Assembly (NCBI RefSeq): GCF_035084215.1
Contig: NW_027139581.1
Location: forward strand, 3,720,001-3,784,000
Direction: 5' to 3'
Source of the DNA: Heptranchias perlo
Lineage: Eukaryota
Length of the DNA stretch: 64,000 bases
Shown: positions 1 through 11,479 of the stretch, in pieces
How positions within the stretch are numbered: the first letter of the stretch is position 1
Layout of the letters: each line of letters starts with the position of its first letter
The notes under the pieces: generated by a model
The model's input: the letters and a program-made list of their open reading frames with translations, nothing else
Database searches by the model: none
What the model was told of the DNA's origin: nothing
Program-made: the position numbers and the translations under genes

Positions 1-775
1 ATCAAACACTCCCAGGGCAGGTACAGCACGGGTTAGATGCAGAGTAAAGCTCCCTCTACACTTTCCCATCAAACACTCCCGGGGCAGGTACAGCACGGGT
101 GAGATACAGAGTAAAGCTCCCTCTACACTGTCCCATCAAACACTCCCAGGGCAGGGACAGCACGGGTTACGTACAGAGTAAAGCTCCCTCCACACTGTCC
201 CATCAAACACTCGCAGGGCAGGTACAGCACGGGTTAGATACAGAGTAAAGCTCCCTCCACACTGTCCCATCAAACACTCCCAGGGCAGGTACAGCACGGG
301 TTAGATACAGAGTAAAGCTCCCTCGACACTGTCCCATCAAACACTCCCAGGGCAGGTACAGCACGGGTTAGATACAGAGTAAAGGTCCCTCTGCACTGTC
401 CCATCAAACACTCCCAGGGCAGGGACAACACGGGTTACGTACAGAGTAAAGCTCCCTCTACACTGTCCCATCAAACACTCCCAGGGCAGGTACAGCACGG
501 GTTCGATACAGAGTAAAGCTCCCTCTACACTGTCCCATCAAACACTCCCAGGGCAGGTACAGCACGAGTTAGATGCAGAGTAAAGCTCCCTCTACACTGT
601 CCCATCAAACACTCCCAGGGCAGCTGCAGCACGGGTTAGATACAGAGTAAAGCTCCCTCTACACTGTCCCATCAAACACTCCCGGGGCAGGGACAGCACG
701 TGTTCGATACAGAGTAAAGCTCCCTCTGCACTGTCCCATCAAACACTCCCGGGGCAGGTACAGCACGGGTTGAGA
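1..775. repeat. 67-bp tandem satellite (~11.5 copies, runs off the window start)
   Basis: Unit ATCAAACACTCCCAGGGCAGGTACAGCACGGGTTAGATACAGAGTAAAGCTCCCTCTACACTGTCCC restarts at 1, 68, ...; a reverse-strand fragment of the same unit lies at ~16290-16405. Confidence 0.95.
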
Positions 776-789
776 TTCTGAGTGAAATA

Positions 790-1300
790 TCCTGAAGCCC
801 CGCCCACTCTGTACCTGTAGCAAGGTGGCCGCGCCTGCGCCGTGACGCTACCACATCCTGTACCAAGATGGCCGCGCATGCGCAGTGACGCTCCCTCCTC
901 CTGTACTAAGATGGCGGCCGGTTCCCCCGGTAACCCGGCCTATCTCCGGGGAGAAATCCCGCAGTTGCCGTCCGGCTGCTCACACTCGGGATCAGAGGAT
1001 CCGACTCGGGTCCTGCGGCCCCGCTCCATGTTTATAAGCCGTGGGGCGCGGCCTCCGCCCGGTTTCTGAGTGTCCTGTCCCCGGCCCCCGGCCGACCTGC
1101 TCCCGACCCTCCGACTCCGTCTGGCGACCGCGCGGACCCTTTCCCGCGCCTGCGCGCTGGGCTCCTGGAGACGTCAGAGCCGAGGCCCCGCCCTCACCCA
1201 CTGGCCCCGCCCCCTCATGGAGCTGCTCCCTCGCGCGAGGCCCCGCTGGTTTTGGGCGGAATGAGACCGCGCGCTGTTCCTCCTGCCACTGCCTGTGGGA
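790..1300. promoter_or_regulatory. CpG-rich promoter-like island (GC box, NRF1-like and YY1-like motifs)
   Basis: GCCCCGCCCAC (~797), GCGCCTGCGC (~831), GCGCATGCGC (~873), AAGATGGCCGC and AAGATGGCGGC (~866, ~908); high CpG density. Target gene not identified. Confidence 0.55.
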
Positions 1301-1439
1301 ATGGGGCTGATATTTAAAGGGACAGGCACTCCCCTTTGTTTATAGTTAAAGGGACAGTCCCGTTTCTCTTTGAATGTCAGGGGATTTCATTAACGGTGCT
1401 CCTATTAACAATCGGTCCGTTCTGTCATTAGTGCAGAGA

Positions 1440-2370
1440 TTAGGAACATTTAATCATTATGAACAGGAGGAGGCCATTCAGCCCCTCCAACCTGTTCCGC
1501 CATTTAATTGTATCATATCTGATCTGTATCTTAACTCCATCTACCCGCCTTGGTACCATAACCTTTAATACCCTCGCCTCTCAAAAATCTATCAATCTCA
1601 GATCTGAAATTTTCACTTGACCCCCAGCCTCGACTGCTCTCAGGGAGAGAGTTCCAGATTTCCACTGCCCTTTGTGCGAAGAAGTGATTCCTGACATCGC
1701 CCCTGAATGGCCTCGCTCTAATTTTAAGGTTATGCCCCCTTGTTCTGGACTCCCCCACCAGAGGAAGTAGTTTCTCTCTATCTGCCCTATCAAATCCTTC
1801 AATCACCTCGATTAGATCACCCCTTAATCTTCCAAGCTCCACTCAAAACAAGCCTAGTCTATGCAATCTGTCAGTATCACTCTGGTGAATCTGTGCTGCA
1901 CCCCTTCCAAGGCCAGTATATCCTCCCTGAGGTGCAGTGCCCAGAACTGAAGGCAGTCTCCAGATGGGGTTTAACCAGAGCTCTGTACAACTGTAACATC
2001 ACTTCCACCCCTTTATATTCCAGCCCCCTTGAGATGAAGGCCATCATTCCTTTAGCCTTTAAAATTATTTTTTGTAACTGTCCACTAGCTTTTAGTGATT
2101 TCGGTACTTGGACCCCGAAATCTCTCTGCTCCTCCACAGTTTCTCGCTGCTTGCCGTTTGGTAAATACTCTGATCTCTGTCTTTGGTTCAAAGTGGGTGA
2201 ATTCACATTTCCCCACATTCAACTCCACCTGCCACCGTTTTGACCACTCACTGAATCTATTATTGCCCCCTTGCAACTTTCTGCTCCCATCTACACTATT
2301 TACTGTGCCTCTTTACTCACTGTCATCAGCAAACTTGGATACATGGCTCTCCATTACTTCATCAGAGTCA
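1440..2370 (-). mobile_element. CR1-type LINE, 3' fragment
   Basis: Minus-strand ORF pieces ..RLRGDLIEV..ESRTRGHNLKI.. and ..LYRALVKPHLE..; typical CR1 3' end. Confidence 0.85.
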
Positions 2371-2599
2371 TTTTACTAACAAATGTTGAACTGTTTGCTC
2401 GACACCACAGGGTTTCATCTGTTTAAAGCCACAACTGAAAGGTCCAGTTTTCTTCTGGAGTTTTATCTTGAGATGAATCAAGTTTCAAAAATTCGGCAGA
2501 GATCCAGACACGGAGCGAGATCCGGGCTCAGACCCTCCGCCGCAAGTCCCACCCCTCACACACTCCAATTGTTTGGAGGACCAACCGCCCGCTCGGTCC

Positions 2600-3300
2600 T
2601 CCAGTCCCTCTCCGCTCTTCCTATTGGTCGGGAGCGCATTTGCTCCGGGTTGACGCTGGGATTGAAGGTCCTGAGCTGCAATTGGAAAATAAACATCAAT
2701 CCAGCCCGTCAGTTCCAATGTGTAATGAGACTAAATTATTAACAGATTTGTGGAAATATACATTTCCCAAAGTTTTTTCGAGGCGAGGCGGTGCGCGCCT
2801 GCGCTGTGAGTGTTTCTGACGGTTTAATGGCGGTCTCCATTACCCAGCGTGCCCCGGGCTCTCGGGTTTATTTTTATTTTATTTTATTTCCGCTCCGCCC
2901 TCCGCTGCTCCAAAAGCGCTTTTCCCCCGCCCCCAATCTCAGTCCCATCAGAGAAACTGAGGGTCGGGGCGGAGCTCCAATGGCGGCGGTCCGTCCCCAG
3001 ACTGCACCGCGCTCCGGAATGTCCCCTATCGATCTGAGAGGAGCGCAGTGCGCCGGCGCAGGAGAGGCTGATTGTTGGTCAGTGTGAGCTGAGCATGCGC
3101 GGCCCGAAGGGTCTGAGGCAGAGAGCGCGGTTCGAGCAGGTCAGAGGAGGTGTGGAGAGAGCGGGTTAATAAAGGGCGGGGATCACAGGGCCCAGAAACA
3201 CCGAGTGTCGGGCCCAGGACCCGAGAGAAAACAGGCGGCATCATCCCCCCTCCACTACCCGCCGCTTCCCGGGATCGGGCCCGACCCAATCTCCGCTCGA
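2600..3300 (+). promoter_or_regulatory. CpG-island promoter / probable first exon region of ZNF gene 1
   Basis: CTATTGG (CCAAT, ~2621), GCGCCTGCGC (~2794), AATGGCGG x2, GAGCATGCGC (~3091); similar to the island at 8230-8480 upstream of ZNF paralog 2. Confidence 0.55.
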
Positions 3301-3317
3301 ACTGAACCCGCACAGTC

Positions 3318-4045
3318 AACAACAACTTGCATTTCTGTCGCGCCTTTAACGGAGCAAAATGGGTCAAGAGGGTTCACAGGAGCGGGAAGAGGGGAATGAG
3401 GAGAGATTAGGACAGGGCACCGAAAGCTGGGTCAAAGAGGGAGGATTGAAGGAGGAGAGAGAGGGGGAGAGGTTCAGGGAGGGAATTCCAGAGCTTGGGG
3501 CTCAGACAGCTGAAGGCACGGCCCCCAATGGTGGGGCGAAGGGAATGGGGGAGGAGCAAGAGGCCGGAATTGGGGGAGAGCAGAGATCTGGGAGGGTCGG
3601 AGGAGGTGACAGAGATAGGGGAGGGTCGGAGGGCTGGAGGAGGTGACAGAGAAAGGGAGGGACGAGGGCTGGAGGAGGTTACAGAGATAGGGGAGGGGCG
3701 GAGGGCTGGAGAAGGTTACAGAGATAGGGGAGGGCTGGAAGAGGTTACAGAGATAGGGGAGGGTCGGAGGGCTGGAGGAGGTGATATAGATAGGGGAGGG
3801 TCGGAGGGCTGGAGGAGGTTACAGAGATAGGGGAGGGTCGGAGGGCTGGAGAAGGTTACAGAGATAGGGGAGGGGCGAGGGCCATGGAGCAGGTTACAGA
3901 GATTGGGAGGGGCGAGGGCCATGGATGGATTTGGACACAAGGATGAGGAATTTAAATATGAGGCGTTGCTGGACCGGGAGTCACTGTAGGTCAGTGAGCA
4001 CAAGGGTGATGGTGAATGGGACTTGGTGCGAGTTAGGATATGGGA
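3318..4045 (-). mobile_element. L2-type LINE 3' fragment containing a local ~37-bp tandem amplification (3590-3920)
   Basis: Starts AACAACAACTTGCATTT (reverse of the L2-type tail); the segment GGAGGGCTGGAGGAGGTTACAGAGATAGGG is single-copy in the L2 at ~54170 but repeated ~9x here. Confidence 0.75.
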
Positions 4046-4733
4046 AGGACAGTCAGCACCTTCAGGGGAGGAGAGAGAGAGGAACCAGTGAGTGTGGAAC
4101 TGAACCCAGTCAGAGTCAGCACCTTCAGGGGAGGAGAGAGAGGGGAACCAGTGGGTGTGGAACTGAACCCAGCAGAGCAGAGGGAAAAATGTTGGAGATG
4201 GTGCAATGGGTTCAGATTTCAGCACAGGGAGGAGGGAGAGTGTGTGGGACGGTGATTTACAGCTTTTGAGGCTCAAAAGATGAAAAAATGATCCAGAAAA
4301 ACTAGAATTGTCTGTTCTGAATTTCTATCCTGTATTTACAGTGATGACTTTTGTAAACTCCTTTTACAGGGGATTAGAAGGGGAGGATTTGCAGACGGGA
4401 AACTCAAACCAAACATCACGTCAAGATCTGACAGAGTCACTCGATTCATCAGGACCTGAAAATCATCAGCCTTTGAATGTGGAAGGAGAAATGTTTGTCT
4501 GTTCTGTCTGTGGGAGAAGATTTGAAACATCAGTGTGACTGGAAAATCACCGAAACTCTCAGACCCGAGTGAGAGTGTTCCAGTGCACTGACTGTGGAAA
4601 GAGCTTTAACCAGTTACACAGCTTGAAAAAACATCACACCGTTCACAGCGGGGAGCAACCGTCCACGTGTTCTGTGTGTGGACGAGGCTTCAACTGATCG
4701 TCCAACCTGGAGAGACACAAGGACACCCGGACC

Positions 4734-5579
4734 ATGGAGATACCGTGGAAATGTGGGGACTGTGGGAAGGGATTCAATTACCCATCCCAGCTGGAAACTC
4801 ATCGACGCAGTCACACCGGGGAGAGTCCGTTCACCTGCTCCGTGTGTGGGAAGGGATTCAATTATCCGTCCCAGCTGGAAACTCATCACCACAGTCACAC
4901 CGGGGAGAGGCCGTTCACTTGCTCTCTGTGTGGGAAGGGATTCACTCAGTCATCCGCCCTCCGAACACACCAGCTTATTCACACTGCGGAGAGACCTTTT
5001 AAATGCTCTGACTGTGGGAACAGGTTTAAAAGCTCGGAGGGACTGATTCGACACCAGCGAATTCACACTGACGAGAGACCGTTCAGTTACTCTCACTGCG
5101 GGAAGAGGTTCAGGCAGTCATCCACTCTCATTGCCCACCAGCGTGCTCACACTGGGGAGAGACCGTTCACCTGCTCCGTGTGTGGAAAGGGATTCATTCA
5201 GTCACAGCACCTACTGACACACCAACTTGTTCACACTGATAAGAGACCTTTTAAATGTTCTGACTGTGGGAAGAGCTTTAAGAGCAAATGGGAACTGCTG
5301 ACACATCATCGACGCACTCACACTGAGGAGAGGCCGTTCACCTGCTCCGTGTGTGGGAAGGGATTCACTCGTTCATCCCACCTTCTGACACACCAGCCAG
5401 TTCACACTGGGGAGAGGCCGTTCACCTGCTCCGTGTGTGGGAAGGGATTCACTCATTCATCCCACCTTCTGACACACCAGCGAGTTCACACTGGGGAGAG
5501 GCCGTTCACCTGCTCCGTGTGTGGGAAGGGATTCACTCATTCATCCAACCTGCGGAGACACCAGCGAGTTCACCTGTGA
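4734..5579 (+). CDS. Tandem C2H2 zinc-finger protein, 10 fingers (finger 5 has C->Y)
   Basis: 281-aa ORF of CxxC..HxxxH units with TGERPF linkers; acceptor TTTTACAG at ~4361-4368; degenerate in-frame fingers upstream. Confidence 0.85.
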   Translation: MEIPWKCGDCGKGFNYPSQLETHRRSHTGESPFTCSVCGKGFNYPSQLETHHHSHTGERPFTCSLCGKGFTQSSALRTHQLIHTAERPFKCSDCGNRFKSSEGLIRHQRIHTDERPFSYSHCGKRFRQSSTLIAHQRAHTGERPFTCSVCGKGFIQSQHLLTHQLVHTDKRPFKCSDCGKSFKSKWELLTHHRRTHTEERPFTCSVCGKGFTRSSHLLTHQPVHTGERPFTCSVCGKGFTHSSHLLTHQRVHTGERPFTCSVCGKGFTHSSNLRRHQRVHL

Positions 5580-6619
5580 CTTCCGGGGTTGGATTCTGCT
5601 GTTATTGCTGCTGTTAATCACATCCAGGACTGAACCATGTTCATTCTGACAGTTGAGGTTTGTTTCTGATGTTAATAACCCCGATAACTGGGCTGGAGTT
5701 TAATATTCTGGATACATGTTAAATGAGGCAGAAGATCAGCCATGATCTTATTGAATGGTGGAGCAGGCTCGAGGGGCCATATGGCCGACTCCTGCTCCTA
5801 TTTCTGAACTGCTGGTTCAACACAACAGCAGTGATTTGCTGTCCAGATAAAGAAAGACCTGCAGTGTGTTTCCAAGAGTTCCCTGTTTTATTGATCAATT
5901 TATCCAGTGCCGTTAACATAGTAAAACGTCCCAAGGCTCTTCACAGGAGTGATTAACAAAATAAATTTGACACTGAACCACATAAGGAGATATTAGGACA
6001 GGTGAGCAAAAGCTTGGTCAAAGAGGTAGGTTTTAAGGAGGGTGGACTAGATTCAGTAATGAGTAATGAGCCCAGACTTAGTTAATAATCTAACAGTAAG
6101 GGAACATTTATACATGAGCCCACACAGTGAGTGACAGCAGGATTATCCACTGTGGTAGGCATCACGGTCGAGTCCAGTCCTGCCCTCAAATGACAGCCAT
6201 AAATTTCCCAGTTGAGGTCACTGGATCTCCTTCGAGAGCAGGGTTACTCTTATTTAGCCCAGTGGTACTGAGGCCAATTCCAGCCCCTGAACTGCTGCCT
6301 TGGCTGAGATCAAGGATTGGACTTGCGATCTTCCATGTCAGTAGTGCAGAGGGTTTTAAACTGGGCCGGGGGTTAGAACAGAATATTTTGAAACAAATGT
6401 CATTCCACCTTTAAACAAAAACATCGACACACAGTAGAAAAATCTGAAGTCTTTCAAAATGAAACAAGTGAGTCAAATGGATCTTCGAAAATAGTGAGAG
6501 ATTTTAGAAAGGCTGAACTCACTAAAATAGACAGGTTTCCATTCACTGCACTGAATACAGAAGGAAGCGACTGTTAATAGGGACCCTGTTAGTGAAGGAT
6601 GAAGCAGTGTCTGGCCCTT

Positions 6620-7700
6620 GATCATAGAATCATTGAATGATAAAGCACAGAAGGAGGCCATTAGGCCCATCATGCCTGTGTTGGCTTTAGGAAAGAGCTA
6701 TCCAATTAGTCCCATTCTCATGCCCTTTATCCTGCAAATTTATCCTATTCAAGTATTTATCCAATTCCCTTTTGAAAATTATAATTGACTCTGATTCCCC
6801 AACCCTTTCATGCAGTGTATTCCAGCTCTAAATAAATGGCTGCGTTAAAATATTCTCCTCATCTCACCTCTAGTTCTTTTCCCAATTACCTGAATGCTGT
6901 GTACTCTGGTTACTGATCTCCTGCCACTGGAAACAGTTTCTCACCATTCAGTCTATCAAGACCCTTCATGACTTTGAACACCTCGATTAAATCTCCCCTT
7001 AACCTTCCCTGCTCCAAGGAGAACAACTCCAGTTTCTCCAGTCTCTCCATGTAACTGAATCCTATATCCCTGGTACCAGTCCAGTAAATCTCCTCTGCAC
7101 CCTCTCTCAGGCCTTGACATCCTTCCTGAAGTGTGCTGCCCAGAATGAACACAATACTCCAGCTGAAGCCTAACCAGTGTTTTGTAAAGATCTGGCTTAA
7201 ATATTTACAATCGATATCAATGACTTGGATGAAGGGAGCGAATGTATTGTTGCTAAATTTGCTAATGAGACAAAGGTAGGTCGGAAAATAAGTTGTGAAG
7301 AGGACATAAGGAGCCTGCAAAGGGATAGAGATATGTTAAGTGAGTGAGCAAAAATTTGGCAGATGGAGTATAATGTGGGAAAATGTGAACTTGTCCACTT
7401 TGGCAGGAGGAATAGAAAAGCAGTATTTTATTTAAATGGAGAAAGATTGCAGAATTCTGAGGTACAGAGGGATCTGGGTATCGTAGTACATGAATTACAG
7501 AAAGTTGGTCTGCAGATACAAGAAGTGATTAGGAAGGCAAATGGAATGTTGGCGTTTATTGCGAGGGGAATGGGGAGGGGCCGTGAGAGACACTCAACAC
7601 GGCTTCCGGAAAAGAAGGTCGCGTCTTACAAACTTGCTTCAGTTTTTTGATGAAGTTGCTGGGTCAGTGGATGAGGATAATCCGGTTCACATTGTCTATC
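6620..7700. mobile_element. CR1 LINE fragments in opposite orientations (minus 6620-7190; plus 7195-7700)
   Basis: ..RLRGDLIEVFK.. on minus; ..MEYNVGKCELVHFGR.. on plus. Confidence 0.8.
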
Positions 7701-7770
7701 TCAGGGGGGTCAAACTCATTTTCTATGGTGGGCCTGATCCGATCTCCTGACACTTGGCCTGGGCCACATT

Positions 7771-7955
7771 CATAGAATAGAATCATAGAAGTTTACAACA
7801 TGGAAACAGGCCCTTCGGCCCAACATGTCCATGTCGCCCAGTTTATACCACTAAGCTAGTCCCAATTGCCTGCACTTGGCCCATATCCCTCGATACGCAT
7901 CTTACCCATGCAACTGTCCAAATGCATTTTAAAAGACAAAATTGTACCCGCCTCC
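7771..7955 (-). mobile_element. 3' end of a young CR1-type LINE (same family as 34995-35925)
   Basis: Near-identical reverse complement of 35745-35925, including the (CTATGATT)n tail. Confidence 0.85.
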
Positions 7956-8229
7956 ACAAAGAAGGCTTCAGCAAAACTTATTGCACTAGAAATAGATCAA
8001 GATGAACGATATCGGTCCTCACAGCACACAGAAAAAACGAGGCCTCGAAGTTTCTCTGAGAATGACAGGCCTGAACTCGAGTTGGAAAACACAGTTGGAA
8101 AACATTGATCAATTGAACCAGACTGGGCGGGGCCTGAGGTGCGAGTTGGTGAAGGAAAAGTGGCGACCAGTGAACTTCGCTCCCTGTCTGAGGGCCCGGG
8201 CACTCGGGTTTCTGTATAATTTATTGATT

Positions 8230-8690
8230 GATTTTGTTTAATGTTTATTGTCCCTCCGGCCCCAATCTCGATGCGATGACGAAATTTCTGTTCACCGATT
8301 CGGACCTTCAATGGCGGAGAGTTTACCCAGAATCCCCCGCGGCCCAGAACGTGCCCTATCAGTGACTGCAGGAGCCCAGTGCGCAGGCGCGGGACTGGGC
8401 GGTGCTCTGAGCATGCGCGGTGCGAGTGGTGGAGACGGACTGAGGGAACAGGCGGGTCGGGATCCGGTCGGAGACGGTGGGCGCGGGGGAGGAATTGGAC
8501 CCATGGGTGGGCAGGGAAGCTTCAGAAACACCCGGTGTAGGCCTCAGGCCCCGAATAAGAGACCACAGGCCCCGTGTTTACACCGCGGTGACAGGCCCGA
8601 CCGGCGGCCGCCCGGGTGAGCGGGGAGCTGGCCGCCATCTTGGTCAGAGTTCAGGGTTCACGGCGCATGCGCGGCCATCTTTGCTCAAGA
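8230..8690. promoter_or_regulatory. CpG-rich promoter-like island upstream of ZNF paralog 2
   Basis: AATGGCGG, GCGCAGGCGC, GAGCATGCGC, GCCGCCATCTT, GCGCATGCGC. The 5' part resembles 2960-3110; 8628-8708 resembles the reverse complement of 790-920. Confidence 0.55.
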
Positions 8691-10760
8691 GTGGCGGGGT
8701 TTCAGGGTCCCAGTGACCGGGAACAACGAGTGGGCGGGGCTTCAGGGTCCTAGTGACTGGGAACAAAGAGTGGGCGGGGCTTCAGGGTCCCAGTGACTGG
8801 GAACCAAGAGTGGGCGGGGTTTCAGGGTCCCAGTGACCAGGAACAAAGAGTGGGCGGGGCTTAAGGGTTCCAGTGACTGGGAACAAAGAGTGGGCGTGGC
8901 TTCAGGGTCCCTGTGACCAGGAACAAAAAGTGGGCGGGGCTTCAGGGTCCCAGTGGGCGGGGCTTCAGGGTCCCTGTGACCGGGAACAAAGAGTGGGCGG
9001 TGGCTTCAGGGTCCCAGTGACCGGGAACAAAGAGTGGGCGGGGCTTCAGGGTCCCAGTGACAGGGAACAAATAGTGGGCGGGGCTTCAGGGTCCCTGTGA
9101 CCGGGAACAAAGAGTGGGCGGGGCTTCAGGGTCCCAGTGACAGGGAACAAAGAGTGGGCGGGGCTTCAGGGTCACAGTGACGGTGGACAAAGAGTGGGCG
9201 GGGCTTCAGGGTCCCAGTGGCAGGGAACAAAGAGTGGGCGGGGCTTCAGGGTCCCTGTGACAGCAACAACGAGTGGGCGGGGCTTCAGGGTCCCAGTGAC
9301 AGGGAACAAAGAGTGGGCGGGGCTTCAGGGTCCCTGTGACCGGAAACCAAGGGTGGGCGGGGCTTTAGGGTCCCAGTGACCAGGAACAAAGAGTGGGCGG
9401 TGCTTCAGGGTCCCAGTGACTGGGAACAAAGAGTGGGCGGGGCTTCAGGGTCCCAGTGACTGGGAACCAAGAGTGGGCGGGGTTTCAGGGTCCCAGTGAC
9501 CAGGAACAAAGAGTGGGCGGGGCTTAAGGGTTCCAGTGACTGGGAACAAAGAGTGGGCGGGGCTTCAGGGTCCCTGTGACCAGGAACAAAGAGTGGGCGG
9601 GGCTTCAGGGTCCCAGTGACTGTGAACAAAGAGTGGGCGGGGCTTCAGTGTCCCAGTGGGCGGGGCTTCAGGGTCCCTGTGACCGGGAACAAAGAGTGGG
9701 CGGGGCTTCAGGGTCCCAGTGACCGGGAACAAAGAGTTGGCGGGGCTTCAGGGTCCCAGTGACAGGGAACAAATAGTGGGCGGGGCTTCATGGTCCCTGT
9801 GACCGGGAACAAAGAGTGGGCGGGGCTTCAGGGTCCCAGTGACAGGGAACAAAGAGTGGGCGGGGCTTCAGGGTCCCTGTGACCAGGATCAAAGAGTGGG
9901 CGGGGCTTCAGGGTCCCAGTGACTGTGAACAAAGAGTGGGCGGGGCTTCAGGGTCCCTGTGACTGTGAACAAAGTGTGGGCGGGGCTTCAGGGTCCCTGT
10001 GACTGTGAACAAAGAGTGGGCGGGGCTTCAGGGTCCCAGTGACCGGGAACAAAGAGTGGGCGGGGCTTCAGGGTCCCAGTGACTGTGAACAAAGAGTGGG
10101 CGGGGCTTCAGGGTCCCAGTGACTGTGAACAAAGAGTGGGCGGGGCTTCAGGGTCCCAGTGACTGTGAACGAAGAGTGGGCGGGGCTTCAGGGTCCCTGT
10201 GACTGGGAACAAAGAGTGGGCGGGGCTTCAGGGTCCCAGTGACTGTGAACAAAGAGTGGGCGGGGCTTCAGGGTCCCTGTGACTGGGAACAAAGAGTGGG
10301 CGGGGCTTCAGGGTCCCTGTGCCTGTGAACAAAGAGTGGGCGGGGCTTCAGGGTCCCTGTGACTGTGAACAAAGAGTGGGCGGGGCTTCAGGGTCCCAGT
10401 GACTGTGAACAAAGAGTGGGCGGGGCTTCAGGGTCCCAGTGACAGGGAACAAAGAGTGGGCGGGGCTTCAGGGTCCCAGTGACTGTGAACAAAGAGTGGG
10501 CGGGGCTTCAGGGTCCCAGTGACAGGGAACAAAGAGTGGGCGGGGCTTCAGGGTCCCTGTGCCTGTGAACAAAGAGTGGGCGGGGCTTCAGGGTCCCTGT
10601 GACAGGGAACAAAGAGTGGGCGGGGCTTCAGGGTCCCAGTGACCGTGAACAAAGAGTGGGCGGGGCTTCAGGGTCCCAGTGACGGTGAACAAAGAGTGGG
10701 CGGGGCTTCAGGGTCCCTGTGACTGTGAACAAAGAGTGGGCGGGGCTTCAGGGTCCCTGT
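8686..10760. repeat. 40-bp GC-box minisatellite (~50 copies)
   Basis: Unit AAAGAGTGGGCGGGGCTTCAGGGTCCCAGTGACTGTGAAC; the 40-bp period is visible in line alignment from 9661 to 10740. Confidence 0.95.
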
Positions 10761-10794
10761 GCCTCATTTATTTTCCTCTCACTCTGCTCCCAGG

Positions 10795-11470
10795 GGGTGG
10801 AGAACTGAACCCGACCAGAGTAGAGGGAGGGAGGAAACTGGGAGTGGAGGGAAGAAATGATGGAGATGGTGCGATGGGTTTGGATTTCAGCACAGGGAGG
10901 AGGGAGAGTGTGTGGGACGGGGATTTACAGTCTGGGGGAATGAGCGGGAAGAATATTTTAACAAGGGATCTGCTGAAACATGAACGAGTTCACACTGTGG
11001 AGAGGCCGTTCACCTGCTCCGTGTGTGGGAAGGGATTCACTCAGTCATCCACTTTGCTGAAACACCAGCGAGTTCACACTGACGAGAGGCCGTTTATCAG
11101 CTCCGAGTGTGAGAAGGGATTCACTTGTTCATCCCACCTGCTGACACACCAGCGAGTTCACACTGGGGAGAGGCCGTTTAGCTGCTCCGTATGTGGGAAG
11201 GGATTCACTTGTTCATCCCACCTGCTGACACACCAGCGAGTTCACACTGGGGAGAGGCCGTTTACCTGCTCCGTGTGTGGGAAGGGATTCACTCAGTCAT
11301 CCCACCTGTTGAGACACCAGCGAGTTCACCTGTGATGCAGGGGTTGGATTCTGCTGTTATTGCTGCTGTTAATCACATCCAGGACTGAACCACGTTCTTT
11401 CTGACAGTTGGGGTTTGTTTCTGATGTTAATAACCCTGAGAACTGGGCTGGAGTTTAATATTCTGGATAT
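10795..11470 (+). pseudogene. Internally deleted C2H2 zinc-finger paralog (~4.5 fingers remain, 10965-11335)
   Basis: 10795-10930 matches intron sequence 4150-4262, then jumps to distal fingers. One finger lacks its first Cys (FISSEC). 11335-11470 matches the 3' UTR of ZNF1 (5580-5715). Confidence 0.75.
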
Positions 11471-11479
11471 ATGTACTCC

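Noticed and set aside
1-775. Regular repeats as a CRISPR-like array
   Set aside because: No unique spacers; head-to-tail satellite in vertebrate DNA. The same applies to the other arrays.
10679-10960. N-terminus of the 218-aa ZNF ORF
   Set aside because: Starts inside the minisatellite and runs through intron-homologous sequence; the frame is fortuitous after a deletion.
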